From a virus (taxonomy: Duplodnaviria; Caudoviricetes), in IMG/VR virus record IMGVR_UViG_3300028293_000019, positions 1 to 30,698 of that record: a stretch of 30,698 nucleotides of DNA; one strand, 5' to 3'. Shown one piece after another: positions 21,714-30,314 of the stretch. A program made the translations under genes and the position numbers. Position 1 is the first letter of the stretch, and every line of letters begins with the position of its first letter. Below the pieces are notes generated by a model. That model searched no databases, was not told the DNA's origin, and worked only from the letters and a program-made list of their open reading frames with translations.

Positions 21714-22462
21714 TTACCACGAAGACCAGCCAGGACGTGCAGAAGGAGTTGCCGCAGGTGAAGGCGAGCGAAGAGGAGATGTCCCATATTCAGAACTTTT
21801 CTCTCGCTCGACCGGATTGGGCCGTGGTGCTGCTCACGCAAAGACTGCGTGGCGATGGCGAGACGGGCCGCGCCGACAAGTACCCGAGGGCGCATCCATA
21901 CATCACCGGCATGCAGTACGTGATGCGAGATTTGAAACAGGGGCCAACTATTCTAGACATCGGCTCGCCGCTCGTGCAGAACGCGGCGCTTGCTTGTTTC
22001 CCCGGCGTCAACCTGACGGTGCTCGACGTTCGCGGCCACGATGACGCAGACACGATGGGCCTCGAATGGGTGCAGGGCACTGCCACGGCGCTGCCGTTTC
22101 CAGATGGCAAATGGACGATCGTGACCTCGTTCTGGGTCATGGGGCACGTGGGCGATGGACGCTATGGTGACGATCTCGACATCGACGGCGACCGGAAAAT
22201 GCTGCGCGAGATCCACCGCGTACTCGCGCAAGGCGGAATAGCGTACCTTGGTGTCGGCCTCGTTGCCGAGCAGTCCGGCATGATCTTCAACCTGCACCGC
22301 ATCTACTCGTGGCCGTGGCTTCGCGCCGAATTCGATAAAGTGGGGTTCGACATTCTGGAGGAAGTGAACTTCGACGTGTACGAGGAAGTATTCATCCACC
22401 AGGATGTGGACATCCGGCGCATCGATGGCAAGTACGGCCTCGCGAAACTGAGGAAGCGGTGA
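21710..22462 (+). CDS. class I SAM-dependent methyltransferase (DUF268-like)
   Basis: ILDIGS, GTATALPFPDG, GHVGDGRYGDDLDIDGD, EIHRVLAQGG; ATG 21710. Confidence 0.82.
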   Translation: MITTKTSQDVQKELPQVKASEEEMSHIQNFSLARPDWAVVLLTQRLRGDGETGRADKYPRAHPYITGMQYVMRDLKQGPTILDIGSPLVQNAALACFPGVNLTVLDVRGHDDADTMGLEWVQGTATALPFPDGKWTIVTSFWVMGHVGDGRYGDDLDIDGDRKMLREIHRVLAQGGIAYLGVGLVAEQSGMIFNLHRIYSWPWLRAEFDKVGFDILEEVNFDVYEEVFIHQDVDIRRIDGKYGLAKLRKR

Positions 22463-22689
22463 AATTGGACGAGTGGTTGAGAGTCAACGGGAAGCGCTTC
22501 CCGTTGATCGTTTTTGAAATCCAATGGCCTGATCCAGCTAGGCCATTCGGGATATGGTTTGAGATTCTATTTGACCAATTCTCGATTGGCATCCACTGGA
22601 ATGAATTCACCACTCCGCAGGGGCGACAGTATTGGAGCCGTGGACTTATTCTCGGGATGTTAGCTATTCGAGTGAGCCGAGACAAATGA
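22459..22689 (+). CDS. hypothetical aromatic-rich protein, lower-GC insert
   Basis: Coupled at both ends by GTGA/ATGA. Confidence 0.55.
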   Translation: MKLDEWLRVNGKRFPLIVFEIQWPDPARPFGIWFEILFDQFSIGIHWNEFTTPQGRQYWSRGLILGMLAIRVSRDK

Positions 22690-24458
22690 AGTGGCAGGAG
22701 CGGTTCGAGAAGTTCTGCATGGAGTTGAAGATCGACTCCAAGGAGCAGGGCATCGTGCCGCTCGCACTCAACGGCTGCCAGAAGTATTTCATCGCCGAGG
22801 TGGCAGAAGGACTCGAGCGCGGCATCCGGCATTTCGTGATCCTCAAAGGGCGGCAGTTGGGCATCACGACAGTCTCGATCGCGCTCGACCTATACTGGGG
22901 ATTCCAGCACCCCGGCATTCAGGGTGGGCTCCTCTTCGATAACGACTCGAACAAAGAGAAGTTCCGCGACACGATCAGCCGCTACATCCAGCACCTTCCG
23001 AAGAACATGAAGATGCCGGTGCAGGCCCACAACCGCTACCAGCTTGTGCTCAAGAACCGAAGCGACTTTCAGTACATGGTCGCCGGAACGAGGACTTCCA
23101 ATGACACGCTCGGCCGCGCAAAGGCGCTCAACTTCCTGCACTCTACCGAGTGCGGCTTCTATGCTGACCAAGACGGCCTTGACACTCTATCCTCCTCGCT
23201 TGCTGAGAAGAATCCTAAACGACTCTATATCTTTGAAAGCACTGCAAACGGCTTTAACTCATGGTACGACGCATGCATGGTTGCAAAGCGTGCGATCCGG
23301 CAAAAATTCATTTTTATCGGCTGGTGGCGCAAGGAAGACTACTGCTTCGCGCCGGGCGACAAGGAGTACGAAGTCTACTGGGACGAAGCGAAAGGGCTCT
23401 CGGGCGATGAGCGCGTCTGGGTCAAGAAGATCAAGCAGTTCTACGATTTCGACATCACGCCGGGGCAGATCGCGTGGTATCGCTGGCACCTCTCGGAGCA
23501 GAAAAAAGACGACGAACTGAAGATGCGCCAGGAGTACCCCGCGACCGAGGACGAAGCCTTCGTCGTCGCGGGCTCGCAATTCTTCACGGGCGAGAGGCTC
23601 ACCAAGGTCTATCTCGAAACGAAGAGGGCGAAATATGATTCCTACAGGTACGTTACGGGTTCGGAGTTTCAATTTACGCAGCTTCACAAGACGAACGCAC
23701 AGAACGCCGAGCTCAAGGTCTGGGAAGAGCCGCGGCCGGACGGCATCTACGTCATGGGCGCGGACCCTGCTTACGGGTCGAGCGACTACGCCGATCGTTT
23801 TGCGCTTTCCCTTTTTCGGTGTTACGCGGATCGGCTCATCCAAGTGGCAGAGTATTGCACTCCTGACATCACTACCTATCAATTTGCTTGGATACTGGCT
23901 CATCTTGGGGGAGCTTTTAGAAATGTTTGGCTGAACCTGGAGATCACCGGCCCAGGCGGCGCCGTCACGACCGAGCTCATGCACCTGCAGCGCTCGGCTT
24001 CCCAGATCGCGGTCGGCGAGAACCGCACGCTGCAGGACGTGCTCCCCGCGATCAAGCACTACTTCTGGATGCGCCCCGACTCCGCGCTACAGGGGCCCGG
24101 CAAGGCGATGCACACGAAGATGGACGAGTACGTGAAGCGCGCGATTATGAACTCATACCGCGACTCGTTCGAGGTAGGCCGCATGGAAATCCGCTCGACA
24201 GAGTGCATAAACGAGATGCGAACGGTAGTGAACGACGAGGGCTCGATCGCCGCCTCGGGGCGCGGCAAGGATGATCGCGTGCTCGCCGGCGCCCTTGCGC
24301 ACTGGATCTGGATTCAGAACGTGAAGGGCTGGCTTACCGCCGAGCGGCGCACCTACGCGATCGAGAACGCCCGCGAGCAGTCGGGGCCGCACACGATAGG
24401 GCAGATGCAGCGCCAGGTAATGAACTACCTCAAGGTCGCCGGCATCACGATGAAATGA
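22686..24458 (+). CDS. terL: terminase large subunit
   Basis: ILKGRQLGITT (Walker A), FLHSTECGFY (Walker B), IFESTANG (coupling motif), QEYP, MGADPAYG and KDDRVLA (RNase H-like nuclease); ATG 22686. Confidence 0.93.
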   Translation: MKWQERFEKFCMELKIDSKEQGIVPLALNGCQKYFIAEVAEGLERGIRHFVILKGRQLGITTVSIALDLYWGFQHPGIQGGLLFDNDSNKEKFRDTISRYIQHLPKNMKMPVQAHNRYQLVLKNRSDFQYMVAGTRTSNDTLGRAKALNFLHSTECGFYADQDGLDTLSSSLAEKNPKRLYIFESTANGFNSWYDACMVAKRAIRQKFIFIGWWRKEDYCFAPGDKEYEVYWDEAKGLSGDERVWVKKIKQFYDFDITPGQIAWYRWHLSEQKKDDELKMRQEYPATEDEAFVVAGSQFFTGERLTKVYLETKRAKYDSYRYVTGSEFQFTQLHKTNAQNAELKVWEEPRPDGIYVMGADPAYGSSDYADRFALSLFRCYADRLIQVAEYCTPDITTYQFAWILAHLGGAFRNVWLNLEITGPGGAVTTELMHLQRSASQIAVGENRTLQDVLPAIKHYFWMRPDSALQGPGKAMHTKMDEYVKRAIMNSYRDSFEVGRMEIRSTECINEMRTVVNDEGSIAASGRGKDDRVLAGALAHWIWIQNVKGWLTAERRTYAIENAREQSGPHTIGQMQRQVMNYLKVAGITMK

Positions 24459-24787
24459 ACAAAATTCTCAGGTTCACAGAAGAACAAGCGATAGCTTTTG
24501 TTGAGTGCTGGAAAGCCGACGCTAGTTGGGGGAGAGTCGCGGACTTATTTCCGGGTGAGCAATGGTTCCCCTACATTGTTAGAGTGCGTGTGATGCTCGG
24601 TATATCCAATAAATTAGCGTCCAACGCTTGTTGGGATGGATTGTTTAATAGAGCGAAAAAAATCCTGATGGTGCAGGGATTAGCAATATCCCGAGAGGGA
24701 GGAAAATTCAGCAATGAATTGGCCAAGACTAATAATAGGATAAAAAAAATAGACGATCGAAAAATAGCGGATTTCAGGAAACAGTGA
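24455..24787 (+). CDS. AT-rich hypothetical protein
   Basis: 110 aa, visibly AT-rich, coupled at both ends. Confidence 0.7.
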   Translation: MNKILRFTEEQAIAFVECWKADASWGRVADLFPGEQWFPYIVRVRVMLGISNKLASNACWDGLFNRAKKILMVQGLAISREGGKFSNELAKTNNRIKKIDDRKIADFRKQ

Positions 24788-25248
24788 GATCGGCAGGGCA
24801 AATCAAGCGGGAGTTGATCGACCTAATCTGGAGGAAGCGGCTTCCGCGCATAAAGATTTCGGAGGATTCGCGGTGCTCGAACGCCCAACTGTGGCAAGCG
24901 CTGAAGATGGAAGCTACCGAAACAGTGCTGCGGCGCCTGGATGCCTACCTCGATGCGAAAGACCTGCACAAGCACGTCAAGGGTTCGCGGCTCCTTGCTC
25001 GCATCGAGAACCTGAGCTACGAGCTCTACCACTACTACGATCAGAAATCGCTCCCGATCGCGGACATCGCGATGTGGCCGCTCGACCGGCAGAAGTGGCT
25101 GCTCGAGAAGATGCACTGGCGGGCGAAGAAGCATCTTCGCCTGAGATTCCAGAAGGAAACCGGCGGTGACATCGCGTTCTCGGACGGGGCGGACTACTGG
25201 AAAAGTAAAAAGAAGGCACAGGCCCGCGGTCTTCCCCGCGAAGGGTAG
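24784..25248 (+). CDS. hypothetical basic protein, possible N-terminal HTH
   Basis: GTGA-coupled; phage-typical codon usage. Confidence 0.65.
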   Translation: MRSAGQIKRELIDLIWRKRLPRIKISEDSRCSNAQLWQALKMEATETVLRRLDAYLDAKDLHKHVKGSRLLARIENLSYELYHYYDQKSLPIADIAMWPLDRQKWLLEKMHWRAKKHLRLRFQKETGGDIAFSDGADYWKSKKKAQARGLPREG

Positions 25249-25639
25249 CTATCTCCGAAGCGAGACGCTGATCGTCTTTCGCGGCAGGCTCATCAAGACG
25301 AAGAGCGACCTGTACTCGATCGTCAAGACGAAAGGGGCGATCCTTCGCGTGTGGTGGGCGGGCGACACGCTCCCCCCCATGATCTACCAGACACGCATCG
25401 TCTGCGGCGTCGGAAGGCTCTACACAATGAATTCCGGCGAAATATTCCGCGTGAAGGATGCCGTGCCCTTCAAGCCAGAGCACAAATACTGGAAGACGGT
25501 GAACCCGATCTACAACTACCTGTGGAACTTCCTCGAAGACCCCGAGCAGTGGTGCGACCCGCACCACCTCGCCAAGTACAAGCTCGTCAGGATAGACAAA
25601 ACGGACCCCGACCCCGATTATCAGCCCGGTGGTGATTAA
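25166..25639 (+). CDS. hypothetical protein (true start probably downstream, near 25250)
   Basis: GC3-rich codons from about 25260; overlaps the next start. Confidence 0.55.
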   Translation: MTSRSRTGRTTGKVKRRHRPAVFPAKGSYLRSETLIVFRGRLIKTKSDLYSIVKTKGAILRVWWAGDTLPPMIYQTRIVCGVGRLYTMNSGEIFRVKDAVPFKPEHKYWKTVNPIYNYLWNFLEDPEQWCDPHHLAKYKLVRIDKTDPDPDYQPGGD

Positions 25640-26021
25640 GGAATACAGGTGCCTTGACTGCGAGACGCTGTTCGAGTCTTCGGACCCGGACCCGCAATGC
25701 CCGCGTTGCTCGCGAGTAGAAATAGAGCGCGCGTTCCTCACCCCGCCCGGCATCAGCGTCGGGAAGTCCGCGATCATCGACCGCGAGTTGAAGAACCTCG
25801 CCAACGACTACGGCATGAGCGACATCTCGAACAAGAACGGCTCGGTGATGGCTTCGCGCCCCGCTGCGGACGCACCGCCAGCGCAATTTGCAGGCGGCGA
25901 CCCGAAGGTGATGCAGGCGCTCGCGCGTCTCGGTAACACCGCCGACAACTTCTCGGGCGTGCTTCCCCAGATTCGCGCAATGGGCGGCCCGCGCACCTGG
26001 CAGAAGGTCAGGGCCAAGTGA
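25629..26021 (+). CDS. FmdB-type Zn-ribbon protein
   Basis: EYRCLDCETLFE...CPRCS...IERAF. Confidence 0.8.
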   Translation: MVIKEYRCLDCETLFESSDPDPQCPRCSRVEIERAFLTPPGISVGKSAIIDRELKNLANDYGMSDISNKNGSVMASRPAADAPPAQFAGGDPKVMQALARLGNTADNFSGVLPQIRAMGGPRTWQKVRAK

Positions 26022-27664
26022 AGATAGACGACAAGGACTTGGACGGTTTCACCGCAGAAGTCGTCGGCAAGTGCATGAGCACGCAGCGCGAGCGCGTGCA
26101 AGCCTATCAAGGACTCTCGCACTACTACCTGTTCGGCGCGCAGGACGGCAACCAGGCGCCCTACGGCAAGATTTACCCCCACCTCGACCTTCTGACGGCG
26201 TACCTGTACTCGCAGGCCACCGTCGAATTCGAGGTTGCGGTGCAGAACGTGGAAGACCCGGTGTATGAGCAGGCCGAACTGATCGGGCACCGCCTCAACA
26301 TGAACTTCCACGACTACGGCATCGCCGACAAGTACAAGGAAGCGCTCACCTGGGCGCTCGTGTACAACTCGACGTTCCTGAAACTGCGTCCGCGCACCAA
26401 TCCATTCCAACTCAAGCCCTACATGGTCGAGCCGCACAATATCGGCGTGCTCGATGAATCGCTCCCCGACCTTGACGACCAGGAAGCGTTCACGCACCAG
26501 TACACGGTCGGAAAAAACGAGCTTCGGCGCCGCGTATCGGTGCTCCCTAACGCAGCCGACATCATGCGGCGCGTATCGGCCGTGCCGGTGATGAAGCAGG
26601 ACGCATTTCCCGAGTCGATCAAGAATATCATCGTGGCGGGGCCGGCGAACATGTCGACTTCCTCGACGCGCGGCATCGTGAACATACCCGAGCTCTTCAA
26701 CCAGCTGCAGTACAAGCCGAGCACGGTTGAGGATCAGGTCGACATGTACGAAACCTGGGTGTGGGATGACGATGCAGAGGATTACCGCACGATCACGATC
26801 GCAGCGCCGGGCGTCGTCATCTACGGCCGCAAGGACATCGGGAACCTCCTTGGCATCAAGGGCGAGCACCCGTTCGTTCACATCTGCCCGAACCGGCTGT
26901 ACAACTACTTCTTCGGCTGGTCGGAGATCGTCGGGCTGATACGCCTGCAGGACTGGACTTCGGAGCGCCTGCGAGAGATTCGGCGCATTCTCACCCTGCA
27001 GGCCGACCCGCCGACCTCATTCTCTGGCTTCGGCGGGCTGAACGACGAGAAGGCAGCGGCCTTTGGCTCGCCCGGTGCGTGGATTTCCGACCCCACGCCG
27101 AACGCCAAGGTCGAGAAACTCTCGCCCGAGCTACCGACCGATCTCTTTCAAGAGATCTACATGATCCAGTCCATGTTCAACGACATATCCGGGCTCTCGG
27201 ACGTGCTGCAGGGAAAGGGCGAGTCGGGCGTTCGCTCGAAGGCGCAGACCGACACGCTTGCGAAACTCGGGTCGGCGAGGATCAAGGCGCGGGCTCAGAC
27301 CGTGGAGAAGTCGCTCGAGGAGATCGGGCACCTCACCATGAAGATGATGCAGAAAAAAGACGATCACAAGTACAAAACCGCAAAGGGTCCGTTCACCGCG
27401 GCGCAATTTACCGACGACTACCAGGTGCATGTCGATGCTCACTCGGCGAGCCCGGTGTTCGTCGACGATCACGTGCAGCTTGCGATGGGGCTAACGAAAC
27501 TCGGCGTGATAGACAAGCGCTCGTGCTTGGAGCTCACCAAGCCGCCGAAGCTGCAGTTGCTCCTTAAGCGCCAGGAGAAGTTGGAGAAGCAGCGCGCGGA
27601 ACAGATGCAGCAGATGATCGCGGCTGGCATGGACCCTAGCAAAAAGAAATTGCGTAGCGTATAG
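26018..27664 (+). CDS. portal protein
   Basis: 548 aa between terL and the head genes; FNDISGLSDVLQGKGESGVRS followed by a long helix, as in P22/T7-like portals. Confidence 0.8.
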   Translation: MKIDDKDLDGFTAEVVGKCMSTQRERVQAYQGLSHYYLFGAQDGNQAPYGKIYPHLDLLTAYLYSQATVEFEVAVQNVEDPVYEQAELIGHRLNMNFHDYGIADKYKEALTWALVYNSTFLKLRPRTNPFQLKPYMVEPHNIGVLDESLPDLDDQEAFTHQYTVGKNELRRRVSVLPNAADIMRRVSAVPVMKQDAFPESIKNIIVAGPANMSTSSTRGIVNIPELFNQLQYKPSTVEDQVDMYETWVWDDDAEDYRTITIAAPGVVIYGRKDIGNLLGIKGEHPFVHICPNRLYNYFFGWSEIVGLIRLQDWTSERLREIRRILTLQADPPTSFSGFGGLNDEKAAAFGSPGAWISDPTPNAKVEKLSPELPTDLFQEIYMIQSMFNDISGLSDVLQGKGESGVRSKAQTDTLAKLGSARIKARAQTVEKSLEEIGHLTMKMMQKKDDHKYKTAKGPFTAAQFTDDYQVHVDAHSASPVFVDDHVQLAMGLTKLGVIDKRSCLELTKPPKLQLLLKRQEKLEKQRAEQMQQMIAAGMDPSKKKLRSV

Positions 27665-27739
27665 ATACCCAAAATCGCGCCCAGAACGCGCGAAGGCGGA
27701 CACGGCCCCGTTGGCGGCCGGCTTTCTAAGGAGATCGTC

Positions 27740-27778
27740 ATGGCTCGCAGAGGCCGGCGTGGTCGCAAGAAGAAGTAA
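27740..27778 (+). CDS. 12-aa protamine-like peptide MARRGRRGRKKK, absent from ORF track
   Basis: Strong SD TAAGGAG (27727-27733), ATG 27740, TAA 27776-27778. Confidence 0.65.
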   Translation: MARRGRRGRKKK

Positions 27779-27788
27779 CTGATCGAAC

Positions 27789-27840
27789 GAAGCGAGGGCG
27801 CTCCTCTCCTCGGACCTACCCTTCCAAGCGCCCTCGCTTC
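27789..27840 (+). other. 14-bp perfect inverted repeat with 24-nt pyrimidine-rich loop
   Basis: GAAGCGAGGGCGCT (27789-27802) / AGCGCCCTCGCTTC (27827-27840). Confidence 0.8.
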
Positions 27841-27846
27841 TCTCCC

Positions 27847-27875
27847 TAGACAACATCGCTGCATCTTCCAATGAT
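27847..27875 (+). promoter_or_regulatory. promoter candidate giving a leaderless mRNA
   Basis: TAGACA-17-AATGAT, then 7 nt to ATG 27883 with no SD. Confidence 0.5.
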
Positions 27876-27882
27876 GCGCGGC

Positions 27883-28245
27883 ATGATGCCGATGCCGCAG
27901 ATGTCCGCAGGCGCACCCCAACCACCGCAAACGCCCGCAGGCCCGCAAGGCGCCCCGATGGCGCAGCCCTCGCCCAACGACGGCGCAAAGCAAATGGGCA
28001 TCGTGCAGGTCGAAACCGCAATGCAGCTGATGGAGCAGGCTCTTCCCACCCTTGGCTCGAACACGGAAGAAGGCGCCGCGGTCCTGAAGGCGATGACCGC
28101 GCTCGCCAAGGCGTTCAACCGGCAGAAATCGAAAGACCTCGTGCCCGCCCAGATTCAGGAGATGGCGCGCACGCAGCAGCAATCCCCGATGGCGCAGGCG
28201 ATGGCCGGCCCTCCCGGCGGTGCAGCCCCTCAACCCGCAATGTAG
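27883..28245 (+). CDS. Met/Pro/Gln-rich head-region protein
   Basis: Disordered ends with a helical core (ALPTLGSNTEEGAAVLKAMTAL). Confidence 0.75.
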   Translation: MMPMPQMSAGAPQPPQTPAGPQGAPMAQPSPNDGAKQMGIVQVETAMQLMEQALPTLGSNTEEGAAVLKAMTALAKAFNRQKSKDLVPAQIQEMARTQQQSPMAQAMAGPPGGAAPQPAM

Positions 28246-28254
28246 GAGTTACTC

Positions 28255-28452
28255 ATGTCCGATTCCAGTCTCTTCAAGCCCAACACTTCGGGCGCCGGCC
28301 TTGGCAAAAAGTCGATGGACAAAGGCCAGTTCGCCAATCCGCCTGCCTACCCGGACGTGTCGGGCTTCAGCGGACCGAGCACGGTCAAGCCCGACAGCGC
28401 CTCGGTCATGCCGATCCAGAAGACCCCGACCGCGAAGAAGGGGCGGGTCTAG
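28255..28452 (+). CDS. small head-region protein
   Basis: AGGAG SD; LFKP...GQFANPPAYPDVSGF. Confidence 0.75.
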   Translation: MSDSSLFKPNTSGAGLGKKSMDKGQFANPPAYPDVSGFSGPSTVKPDSASVMPIQKTPTAKKGRV

Positions 28453-28689
28453 ATGGCCGTTTCCAAGCTATTCACGCCGGTCGTCAAGCGCCGCTCGGAT
28501 GCCGCCTGCGCGACCGAGCCGAACGATCAGTTCGTGAACGCTCCGCTGCACGCCGACCAGCGCGTGTTCGATAACTCGACCGAGCGATCCGATAACCACC
28601 TGAAGCTCGGCGGTGGCGCGCAGCCGAGCAAGCCGAAGTGGGAAAAGCGCGGCAACCGCAGCGTCCCACGAGAAAAGTTCGAGTATTAG
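28453..28689 (+). CDS. small head-region protein, probable paralog of 28255-28452
   Basis: LFTP...DQFVNAPLHADQRVF; starts immediately after the previous stop. Confidence 0.7.
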   Translation: MAVSKLFTPVVKRRSDAACATEPNDQFVNAPLHADQRVFDNSTERSDNHLKLGGGAQPSKPKWEKRGNRSVPREKFEY

Positions 28690-28699
28690 GAGCCAAAAG

Positions 28700-29251
28700 A
28701 TGGCAACCGTCTTCGAAAACCTCTCCGACGAAACCCGCGACCAGCTTGCCGGCCTCGCCCTGAAACTCTCGGGCAACCAGAAAACCCGCAAGGGGTTCCT
28801 GGGACTCGTGAAGGAAGTCTCGCCCGACACCCCCGTTCCCGAGCTCGACACCGACGCAGCCGTGCAGGCCGCGGTAAAGGGCGAGCGCGAAGCGCGCGAG
28901 AAGTTCGAGCAGGAGCAGCGCGATCGCTGGTTCGCCGAGGATCTCGGCAAGCAAAAACGCGCGGTCATGGAGAAGTACCAGCTTACCGACGAAGACCTCG
29001 GGAAGATGGAGAAGATGATGACCGAGAAGACGCTGCCAGCGGACTACAACTGGGCGGCGCAACTATTCAAGCAGCAAAGCGAGACGGCGGAGCCGACGAA
29101 CTACGGCACGTCGGGCTACGGGCCGGCCGATGTGAAGGACTACATGGGCAGCATGGAGGGGCTTGTCGAAGACCCCGACAACTGGGCGCTCAAATCCGCC
29201 CACTCGATGATCGACGACATGCGGCGCAAGGGCTCCGCGAAACCCTGGTAG
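28700..29251 (+). CDS. putative scaffolding protein
   Basis: AGGAG SD; acidic, helical; directly upstream of the major capsid gene. Confidence 0.6.
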   Translation: MATVFENLSDETRDQLAGLALKLSGNQKTRKGFLGLVKEVSPDTPVPELDTDAAVQAAVKGEREAREKFEQEQRDRWFAEDLGKQKRAVMEKYQLTDEDLGKMEKMMTEKTLPADYNWAAQLFKQQSETAEPTNYGTSGYGPADVKDYMGSMEGLVEDPDNWALKSAHSMIDDMRRKGSAKPW

Positions 29252-29268
29252 AAAAAAAGGAGTAGCAA

Positions 29269-30303
29269 ATGGCAACCATCAACCCCCTTCTTGGTTCTGG
29301 AATCGTCCCGGCCGGCAACATCGGCGACGAACTGACGTATCTCACCCGCAGGGCGTTCCTGCCTCGGATGATCGTTCAGATCTACAAGTCATCGCCCCTT
29401 ATCTCGGCGCTCCTTGCGAACGCGCAGATGGCGGGCGGCGGCGTGAACGCGGTCACGGTGCCGGTGCAGGGCCAGTCCTACACGACCGCCTCGTGGGGAG
29501 ACTTCACGGGCTCGTTCGTTCAGCCCTCGGTCACGCAGGGTGCCTACAACGCGCAGTTCAACCTGAAGCTCCTGATCGTGCCGATTCCGTTCCTCGGCAT
29601 GGAGGGTTTCATCCAGGTCGATCACTCCATCGTGCCGATCATCGACGCGAGGATGAACGATGCGACCTACAACGCAATCGAAACGCTCGCGACAGCGCTC
29701 TACGGCAACGGTGGCTCGACGAACAACGCGCAGCAGCTGGTCGGGCTGCCGGGTGCGGTCGACGACGGAACGAACGCGACGACCTACGCCGGCATCACGC
29801 GCTCGGCTGCGAACAGCTGGTGGAGGAGCCAGTACACGGGCTCGATCGGGGCGGGGCGCTTCACGCGCGATTTCCTCCTCACCTACATCAATCAGTTGGT
29901 CAAGGCGACGGGAGAAGCGCCGACTTTTGGAGTGTGCGGATTCGGGACGTGGACATCGTTCGCGACCGATTTCACCGATGCCGAGCGCTACAACTACATG
30001 GTCGGGCAGTCGCCGGGGAAGGACGCAAAAGCGTCCGCCCACTTCAGGGCGCTCGAGGTTGCCGGCGTTCCGCTCTACGCCGACCCGTACTGCGCGGAAG
30101 GCACGGTGTACCTCCTGAATACGAGGTATTTGAGCCTCTACCTGCACAAGATGGGGGCGTTCGCGTTCACTGGGTTCGAGTCGACGCTGCCCAACTTCCA
30201 GTTGGGCTCGATCGGCGCGGTGGTGACGGTCACCGAGATGGTCTGCACCAAGCCGAAAGCACAGTCGCAACTGACCGGCCTGACCGGGTACATGAACATC
30301 TAA
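29269..30303 (+). CDS. major capsid protein
   Basis: AAGGAG SD; 344 aa; LYGNG...LVGLPGAVDDG..TYAGITRS..WWRS and YADPYC..GTVYLLNT, typical of HK97-fold capsid proteins. Confidence 0.85.
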   Translation: MATINPLLGSGIVPAGNIGDELTYLTRRAFLPRMIVQIYKSSPLISALLANAQMAGGGVNAVTVPVQGQSYTTASWGDFTGSFVQPSVTQGAYNAQFNLKLLIVPIPFLGMEGFIQVDHSIVPIIDARMNDATYNAIETLATALYGNGGSTNNAQQLVGLPGAVDDGTNATTYAGITRSAANSWWRSQYTGSIGAGRFTRDFLLTYINQLVKATGEAPTFGVCGFGTWTSFATDFTDAERYNYMVGQSPGKDAKASAHFRALEVAGVPLYADPYCAEGTVYLLNTRYLSLYLHKMGAFAFTGFESTLPNFQLGSIGAVVTVTEMVCTKPKAQSQLTGLTGYMNI

Positions 30304-30314
30304 GGAGAACCCCA

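Noticed and set aside
29493-30314. Long alternative-frame ORF overlapping the capsid gene (possible frameshift extension)
   Set aside because: The upstream part is a GC-rich off-frame shadow; the real gene starts at ATG 30315 with its own TAAGGAG, and no slippery site is evident at the capsid gene end.
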